IMG/VR virus record: IMGVR_UViG_2695420478_000009
Direction: 5' to 3' (one strand)
Source of the DNA: a virus
Lineage: Duplodnaviria > Heunggongvirae > Uroviricota > Caudoviricetes
Length of the DNA stretch: 4,112 nucleotides
The notes under the pieces were generated by a model that saw only the letters and a list, made by a program, of their open reading frames with translations, made no database searches and was not told the DNA's origin. The position numbers and the translations under genes were made by a program. Shown here in pieces: positions 1 through 4,112 of this stretch (positions within the stretch are counted from its first letter, which is position 1; each line of letters opens with the position of its first letter).

Positions 1-51
1 AACGCACTCAGCCGGGTATGGTTCAGCCCATTTTTCCCGGCGTCTCATGCC

Positions 52-181
52 GCAAATGTTAACTGCTGCCTGGTTAACATTTGCTGAAAAAGCCAGTTAA
101 CATTTTTTTCGCACAACAAACTGAATAATAAAGATAAAAACCGCAAAAATGCCCGGGCAGCCAGTTAACATGTTAACTGGC
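52..181. promoter_or_regulatory. Array of five GTTAAC-core half-sites (consensus about GCCAGTTAACAT) including a perfect 22-bp palindrome at 160-181; candidate terminase small-subunit (cosB-like) or dimeric regulator binding sites
   Basis: GTTAAC cores at 58, 73, 96, 164 and 172. There is a 12-bp inverted repeat at 52-63 / 73-84, and GCCAGTTAACATGTTAACTGGC at 160-181 is its own reverse complement. Confidence 0.5.
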
Positions 182-204
182 CTGAAACAGGAATTTTTTC
201 TCTG

Positions 205-271
205 CATGAGACGGGGGGCGGTGTCCGGAGCGATCGTTTTTCACGCCGGATGATACCCCCCCCCGCTCGGG
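205..271. other. GC-rich quasi-symmetric element with a C9 homopolymer, immediately 3' of the HNH gene; candidate cos (cosN-like) site
   Basis: GAGACGGGGGGCGGTGTCCGG...CGTTTTT...C9 resembles the lambda cosN region (ACG GGGCGGCGACCT CGCGGGTTTTCGC) as I remember it. HNH genes typically sit directly beside cos in HK97-like phages. Confidence 0.3.
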
Positions 272-637
272 TTACAGTCCGATGATGTCGTCCGCTCTGC
301 CACTACCTCCGGACACCTCCGGCAGCGTCGGGTCCGGCATACCACCCGCCGCTTCACGAGCAGACTTTTGTCGATGGCATTCGGTACAGAGCGTCCAGAG
401 ATTCGTCTCCTCATTACCACCACCGAACTGAAGTGCAATTCGGTGATCGAGTTCACTGTCACAGAGGTCAACCACACGACCACAGAGACAGCACTGCCCG
501 GCATCCCTGAGCCAGATATGACGCTTGAGGGAAACACGTGCACTGCCACTGACACGACGCTGTTCACCCTTCAGAATATTCACCCGTCGGGTATTCAGTG
601 TTTTGATTCTGCTCTGGAGTGTACGAAGCTCAGCCAT
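272..637 (-). CDS. Phage HNH endonuclease, 121 aa (copy 1)
   Basis: The provided ORF contains the motif CCLCGRVVDLCDSELDHRIALQFGGGNEETNLWTLCTECHRQK (Cys pairs plus H..N..H, a zinc-finger HNH fold). A GGGGA Shine-Dalgarno-like sequence lies about 6 nt upstream of the ATG. Confidence 0.85.
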   Translation of the reverse strand: MAELRTLQSRIKTLNTRRVNILKGEQRRVSGSARVSLKRHIWLRDAGQCCLCGRVVDLCDSELDHRIALQFGGGNEETNLWTLCTECHRQKSAREAAGGMPDPTLPEVSGGSGRADDIIGL

Positions 638-678
638 GTAAAATCCCCGTCATATGGCAATCAGTAAAGGAAATAAAT

Positions 679-725
679 ATGTCATCGAAAAACCGGACCC
701 GCAGAACCACAACCCGCAATATCCG
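679..725 (+). pseudogene. 5' fragment (first 15 codons) of the ylcI-like gene, cut off at the repeat junction
   Basis: Matches 1503-1549 with one synonymous difference. After 725 the frame runs into unrelated sequence (the tail of the provided ORF 619-909). Confidence 0.6.
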
Positions 726-873
726 AGCGGCAATGGCTGACGCTGTTTTGTTTTTCCCGGACATGAGCGCCAGCGCAAATTTTCGTTTTTGCGTTGTCAG
801 CACAGCCTCCTCCCGGGTCCATAACGCACTCAGCCGGGTATGGTTCAGCCCATTTTTCCCGGCGTCTCATGCC

Positions 874-1003
874 GCAAATGTTAACTGCTGCCTGGTTAAC
901 ATTTGCTGAAAAAGCCAGTTAACATTTTTTTCGCACAACAAACTGAATAATAAAGATAAAAACCGCAAAAATGCCCGGGCAGCCAGTTAACATGTTAACT
1001 GGC
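874..1003. promoter_or_regulatory. Second copy of the GTTAAC half-site array (palindrome at 982-1003)
   Basis: Identical to 52-181 at offset 822. Confidence 0.5.
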
Positions 1004-1026
1004 CTGAAACAGGAATTTTTTCTCTG

Positions 1027-1095
1027 CATGAGACGGGGGGCGGTGTCCGGGGCGATCGTTTTTTTCGCCGGATGATCCCCCCCCCCCGGGGCGGG
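1027..1095. other. Second, sequence-diverged copy of the GC-rich cos-like element (C11 homopolymer at 1077-1087)
   Basis: Homologous to 205-271 but carries several substitutions and a 2-nt longer C-run. Confidence 0.3.
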
Positions 1096-1461
1096 TCACA
1101 GTCCGATGATATCGTCTGCCCTGCCATGACCTCCGGACACCTCCGGCAGCGTCGGGTCCGGCATACCACTCGCCGTTTCACTGACTGACTTCTGGCGATG
1201 GCATTCGGTACAGAGCGTCCAGAGATTCGTCTCCTCATTACCACCACCGAACTGAAGTGCAATGCGGTGATCGAGTTCACTGTCACAGAGGTCAACCACA
1301 CGACCACAGAGACAGCACTGCCCGGCATCCCTGAGCCAGATATGACGCTTGAGGGAAACACGTGCACTGCCACTGACACGACGCTGTTCCCCCTTCAGAA
1401 TATTCACCCGTCGGGTGTTCAGAGTTTTGATTCTGCTCTGGAGTGTACGAAGCTCAGCCAT
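1096..1461 (-). CDS. Phage HNH endonuclease, 121 aa (copy 2, variant C-terminal tail)
   Basis: The first 92 residues are identical to copy 1 and the nucleotide differences there are all synonymous. The C-terminal 29 residues carry 5 replacements. Confidence 0.85.
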   Translation of the reverse strand: MAELRTLQSRIKTLNTRRVNILKGEQRRVSGSARVSLKRHIWLRDAGQCCLCGRVVDLCDSELDHRIALQFGGGNEETNLWTLCTECHRQKSVSETASGMPDPTLPEVSGGHGRADDIIGL

Positions 1462-1502
1462 GTAAAATCCCCGTCATATGGCAATCAGTAAAGGAAATAA
1501 AT

Positions 1503-1688
1503 ATGTCATCGAAAAACCGTACCCGCAGAACCACAACCCGCAATATCCGTTTCCCCAATCACATGATTGAACAGATCAACATCGCCCTTGAGCATAAAGG
1601 GTCCAGTAACTTTTCAGCGTGGGTTATTGAAGCCTGCAGAAGAAGGCTGTCAACAGAGAGTTCGGGTATGAATTACATAATTAAGTAA
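1503..1688 (+). CDS. Small DUF3950-like protein, 61 aa (YlcI/YnfO-like, possible ribbon-helix-helix DNA binder)
   Basis: Strong SD (AAGGA) 8 nt upstream of ATG 1503. The protein MSSKNRTRRTTTRNIRFPNHMIEQINIALEHKGSSNFSAWVIEACRRRL matches my recollection of YlcI/YnfO from DLP12/Qin. It is divergent from the HNH gene with a 41-bp gap. Confidence 0.65.
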   Translation: MSSKNRTRRTTTRNIRFPNHMIEQINIALEHKGSSNFSAWVIEACRRRLSTESSGMNYIIK

Positions 1689-1820
1689 CATGGTGTTCAC
1701 AGAACACGCAGTTACCGGACACATCAGTTTTCCATTCGCTCCCCGGCAGTACAGGCTTCCCCTCTGACGGGATAGCCTGAAAAAATAACACAGAAAATTA
1801 TTTGTTATAATTAATATAAC

Positions 1821-1961
1821 TTACTCAAAAAAAAGCGACGAGAAAATCAGCATCAACGAACAATAAGCGCCAATACGTGATAACAAATGGCAGCCATATT
1901 TATCTGCAGTATAAGCAATGGACAGGATAACCACACCAGAAACCGTCAGCATAAAATCCAT
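1821..1961 (-). CDS. Candidate 46-aa hydrophobic small protein in the AT-rich island (MDFMLTVSGVVILSIAYTADKYGCHLLSRIGAYCSLMLIFSSLFFE)
   Basis: Hand-translated ORF ending in TAA, with a purine-rich GGGGAAG about 6 nt upstream of the ATG. No recognised homolog, and it is below the ORF-track size cutoff. Confidence 0.2.
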   Translation of the reverse strand: MDFMLTVSGVVILSIAYTADKYGCHLLSRIGAYCSLMLIFSSLFFE

Positions 1962-2311
1962 TTGAACTTCCCCGGACAAAATCGACTCATCTAAAGATTT
2001 ACAGCTCTTTTTATTATCAATATGTTAAAAGTAAAATAAACAGATGTTCAATAACACGAATACAAAAACGTGCTGAAATTCAATGAATCCATTTCTGTGT
2101 CATCAATTAATAGTGATAAACATCCGGCTTCTTCCACCATCGCACCGGACAGGCGACTATGAGGGGACAACGCCGCGCTCCGTTAACGCGGTAAACCCCG
2201 GTGTGTATCGTTTTTGATTATCCCCGCACACTCGCGCAGAGGAGTCTCCCTGTCGGGCTGCGGTCTCTGTTAATGAGGGAATACAGCGACGATACGGCGC
2301 ATCAACAAAAC

Positions 2312-2779
2312 TTATTTCAGGCACTGAGTGCGGATATAGTCCTGTGCCCCTTCCAGTTGCTTCTGCATTGTCATCAACCGCTCTCTGAGGGTGAAATAAT
2401 CCCGTTCAGCGGTGTCTGCCAGTCGGGGGCCGGTTGCATTATCCATTCCGGAGGTGCCGGTGGCTTCACGCACGGTACCGGAGCAGGTGGCGTTGATCCG
2501 CAGGCGCTTACGACCAGCGGCAACATCAGCACGCAGAGTTTCATTTTCAGCTCTCGCATCGGCTAATTCCCTCGAGTATTTTGCATCGAGCGCAGCAACA
2601 TCGCGCTGGCGCACCTGCATATCAGTAATGGTTGCATTTGCCAGCTCCAGCTCACTGACTTTTTTATCGCGCTGCTCTTTGTAGGTTATGGCGTTATCAC
2701 GGTAATGATTCAGCCCCAGACTAAGCGCACCACAGGCCACCAGCAGGGCAATGATGACCACGCACAGTACGCGGTTCAT
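2312..2779 (-). CDS. Rz: Rz i-spanin, 155 aa
   Basis: The protein from MNRVLCVVIIALLVACG... has an N-terminal TM segment followed by NHYRDNAITYK...DVAALDAKY...RLADTAERDYFTLRERL.TMQKQLEG, closely matching lambda Rz. Start taken at ATG 2779 because the track's 2803 start is a TTG. Confidence 0.9.
   Translation of the reverse strand: MNRVLCVVIIALLVACGALSLGLNHYRDNAITYKEQRDKKVSELELANATITDMQVRQRDVAALDAKYSRELADARAENETLRADVAAGRKRLRINATCSGTVREATGTSGMDNATGPRLADTAERDYFTLRERLMTMQKQLEGAQDYIRTQCLK
2374..2559 (-). CDS. Rz1: Rz1 o-spanin lipoprotein, embedded in the +1 frame of Rz
   Basis: MRELKMKLCVLMLPLVVSACGSTPP...CVKPPAPPEWIMQPAPDWQTPLNGIISPSESG has a lipobox (VSAC) and a proline-rich body, matching lambda Rz1. 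Confidence 0.85.
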   Translation of the reverse strand: MRELKMKLCVLMLPLVVSACGSTPPAPVPCVKPPAPPEWIMQPAPDWQTPLNGIISPSESG

Positions 2780-2780
2780 T

Positions 2781-2882
2781 TCACCACCAGCGTATCTGAC
2801 CAATGAAATAACCGGAAGCCATAATCACAAACACCAGCCAGATAAGGATGAACTTCCAGGTGGATAATTTTTCAGCCATCAT
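2781..2882 (-). CDS. Candidate 33-aa single-pass membrane protein (MMAEKLSTWKFILIWLVFVIMASGYFIGQIRWW) between the endolysin and Rz
   Basis: GGGAG SD 6 nt upstream of ATG 2882. Its TGA stop lies 1 nt before the Rz ATG (TGAAATG). The longer 72-aa version in the track starts at a GTG inside the terminator hairpin. Confidence 0.35.
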   Translation of the reverse strand: MMAEKLSTWKFILIWLVFVIMASGYFIGQIRWW

Positions 2883-2954
2883 TCGAATCTCCCGAATCAG
2901 TTTGCTAAAATCAAACACACTTTCTCCTTTGACTTTTCCGGAGTCAGGAAACAC

Positions 2955-2987
2955 AAAACCCCGCTTGCGGCCAACAAACGGGGTTTT
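2955..2987 (-). terminator. Bidirectional rho-independent terminator hairpin between the endolysin and the downstream small ORF/Rz
   Basis: AAAACCCCGCTTG / CAAACGGGGTTTT forms a 13-bp stem with one mismatch and a 7-nt loop, flanked by an A-run and a T-run so that a U-tract follows on either strand. Confidence 0.6.
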
Positions 2988-3076
2988 ACTTTTATTCACT
3001 TAGTTTTTGCCAGTTCGCAGGATTTCGTGTTATCCGCCCGTGTGAGCAAACCGCATTTTTCAGCAAAATATTCTGC

Positions 3077-3610
3077 TTATCTGTCAATTCCCCAGCACGC
3101 CAGCGCGCTCTCCTGGTCACGACGGGATACCTGACCGTAACAGTTGTTTGAACGAATACGGCAGTCTCTGCCACCGTCCTTAATCCACCAGCGAATCGCT
3201 TCGCAGGCACCTTTTCGATCACCTGCATTAATTCGTCTGTAAAACGTAGACGGGAAACACTTACCGGGACCAATGTTGTACGGACAGAATGACGCAATAC
3301 CCGCTTTCTGGGGTTCGGTCAGTGGCACTCTGATGTTTTTCGCCACCCATGCCAGCGCCTTATCACGTTCAATGGCGTTAACCTGGTCGCATTTTTCCTT
3401 CGACAACTTCATGCCCGGGAGGACAGGCTTACCATCCACCCGGGTGGCTCCACGGCAGATGGTCCAGATACCCGCACCATCACGGTATGCCGTGGTGTGG
3501 TTACCTTCCTTTTCATCCAGAAACTGGTCGAGGATTTCAGGCGCAGGCGCACCTGCGGCAATCAGCGCCAGAACGGCAGCCGACAGGCCGTATTTGATTT
3601 TGGTGTTCAT
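3077..3610 (-). CDS. SAR endolysin, 177 aa (T4-lysozyme-like muramidase, RrrQ-type)
   Basis: Gly/Ala-rich N-terminal signal-anchor (YGLSAAVLALIAAGAPAP) followed by a catalytic triad with E-x8-D-x5-T spacing (EGNHTTAYRDGAGIWT). The 177-aa length and sequence match my recollection of the Qin lysozyme. Confidence 0.9.
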   Translation of the reverse strand: MNTKIKYGLSAAVLALIAAGAPAPEILDQFLDEKEGNHTTAYRDGAGIWTICRGATRVDGKPVLPGMKLSKEKCDQVNAIERDKALAWVAKNIRVPLTEPQKAGIASFCPYNIGPGKCFPSTFYRRINAGDRKGACEAIRWWIKDGGRDCRIRSNNCYGQVSRRDQESALACWGIDR

Positions 3611-3652
3611 GGATATTTATCAGGGTTTATCGATTTCAAATCCCTGGATATG

Positions 3653-3985
3653 TTAAGTCTTCAGAGAACCAGTAATTATTCCCGGTAGTTTTCCTCTGTA
3701 GATTATCAACACATCCTGCGCCTCTAAAATGATGGGCCGCTTTTCCGGCAACGGACCATCCCCTTCACATAACCCGGCAGCAACATCCATGAAAAACTGC
3801 TTCGCCTGCTTTTTCGCCTCAGCTTCGTAAAACTCCAGCGTGGCACCTTCAGTACGGTCAAGACTAATCGCCACATCTGGCAACAACAGTGACGGATACC
3901 CACCAATTTCCAGTGCCACAGTAACAGTAATCTTATCCGGGTAATTATTTATCCCTTTAACAACCAGTTCGTATTTTTTCTTCAT
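3653..3985 (-). CDS. ydfR: YdfR-like DUF1327 protein, 110 aa, unknown function, sitting between holin and endolysin
   Basis: The ATG lies 4 nt after the holin stop with a GGGAGAG SD. The protein has no TM segment or signal peptide. The holin-ydfR-lysozyme order matches the Qin prophage as I recall it. Confidence 0.7.
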   Translation of the reverse strand: MKKKYELVVKGINNYPDKITVTVALEIGGYPSLLLPDVAISLDRTEGATLEFYEAEAKKQAKQFFMDVAAGLCEGDGPLPEKRPIILEAQDVLIIYRGKLPGIITGSLKT

Positions 3986-3989
3986 CGCT

Positions 3990-4112
3990 TTACTCTCCCC
4001 GGGCAGCCTTGCGACGGTCCTCTCTGATTTTGAAATACAGGTTAGTCAGATACGTCAGCAGGCCAAACAGCAGACTCCCCAGCACACCTATCGCCACCCA
4101 CTGGGACGGAGA
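3990..4112 (-). CDS. S21-type pinholin (class II holin), C-terminal 40 codons only; the 5' end lies beyond the window
   Basis: Hand translation gives [40 protein letters not shown], a TM segment plus charged tail that matches the phage 21 S / EssD C-terminus as I remember it. Confidence 0.7.
   Translation of the reverse strand, partial: SPSQWVAIGVLGSLLFGLLTYLTNLYFKIREDRRKAARGE

Larger units (their letters stand above)
1..725. repeat. Copy 1 of a ~0.72 kb tandem repeat (site array, GC-rich cos-like element, HNH gene, first 15 codons of the ylcI-like gene); truncated by the window start
   Basis: Positions 1-725 align with 823-1549 at an offset of 822 before the poly-C tract and 824 after it. 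Identity is near-perfect except for a divergent patch at about 228-375. Confidence 0.9.
823..1549. repeat. Copy 2 of the tandem repeat, followed by the intact ylcI-like gene
   Basis: Direct alignment with 1-725. The two copies are separated by a 97-bp unique segment (726-822). Confidence 0.9.

Noticed and set aside
41-213. 10-bp inverted repeat CGTCTCATGC (41-50) / GCATGAGACG (204-213) bracketing the site array
   Set aside because: A single 10-bp inverted repeat at this spacing is within chance expectation, and there are no target-site duplications or transposase, so it is not called a MITE or insertion element.
241-567. Minus-strand ORFs 241-567 and 987-1379 (108/130 aa)
   Set aside because: Alternative frame overlapping the HNH genes. 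The Arg/Ser/Val-rich composition is typical of an off-frame translation of GC-rich coding sequence.
368-667. Plus-strand ORFs of 99 aa (368-667) and 97 aa (1198-1491)
   Set aside because: They lie entirely antisense to the two HNH genes, have no SD or recognisable domain, and repeat only because they sit in the repeat. Shadow ORFs.
682-870. 62-aa minus-strand ORF spanning the inter-copy spacer
   Set aside because: Its 5' part overlaps the conserved repeat start and it crosses the duplication junction. At most the ATG at 822 could mark a truncated gene remnant (reported as a finding), not an intact CDS.
619-909. 96-aa plus-strand ORF fusing the ylcI start to downstream sequence
   Set aside because: A chimeric read-through created by the repeat junction at 725/726. 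Only the first 15 codons from ATG 679 match the intact gene, so it is treated as a truncated fragment.
1-1549. Possibility that the ~822-bp periodic repeat is a CRISPR array or satellite
   Set aside because: The unit is far too long and contains a protein-coding gene. There is no short direct-repeat/spacer architecture.
1887-1994. 35-aa plus-strand ORF in the AT-rich island
   Set aside because: No SD, hydrophilic low-complexity product, and antisense to the slightly better supported 46-aa minus-strand ORF.
2201-2684. Plus-strand ORFs 2201-2566 and 2412-2684
   Set aside because: Antisense to the well-supported Rz/Rz1 genes, with no SD. Shadow ORFs.
2781-2999. 72-aa version of the small ORF upstream of Rz
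   Set aside because: It starts at a GTG that lies inside the terminator hairpin and has no SD. The internal ATG at 2882 with a GGGAG SD is the more plausible start, and even that is low confidence.
3071-3076. Perfect TTGACA -35 hexamer on the minus strand just after the endolysin stop
   Set aside because: No acceptable -10 element at 16-18 bp spacing, so it is likely fortuitous.
2992-3906. ORFs 2992-3297 (-), 3273-3656 (+), 3497-3688 (+) and 3724-3906 (-)
   Set aside because: Alternative-frame or antisense overlaps of the endolysin and ydfR-like genes, with no independent support.

Overview
This window reads as the late-region segment of a lambdoid (phage 21 / Qin-like) enterobacterial prophage, running on the minus strand from the lysis cassette toward the DNA-packaging boundary. 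From high to low coordinate: the 3' end of an S21-type pinholin, a ydfR-like DUF1327 cargo gene, a SAR (signal-anchor-release) T4-lysozyme-type endolysin, a bidirectional intrinsic terminator, a candidate 33-aa membrane ORF, and Rz with embedded Rz1. Then comes an AT-rich spacer with one weak small ORF, a small YlcI/YnfO-like gene on the plus strand, and two diverged tandem copies (1-725 and 823-1549) of a module holding an HNH endonuclease gene, a GC-rich lambda-cosN-like element and an array of GTTAAC-core binding sites. I see no large uncharacterised multi-gene system. The most unusual signals are the mosaic HNH/cos duplication, the palindromic site array, and small cargo ORFs inside and beside the lysis cassette. 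All calls rest on reading the sequence and remembered protein families; no database search was run. The window begins inside the repeat, so the left boundary of copy 1 is unknown.
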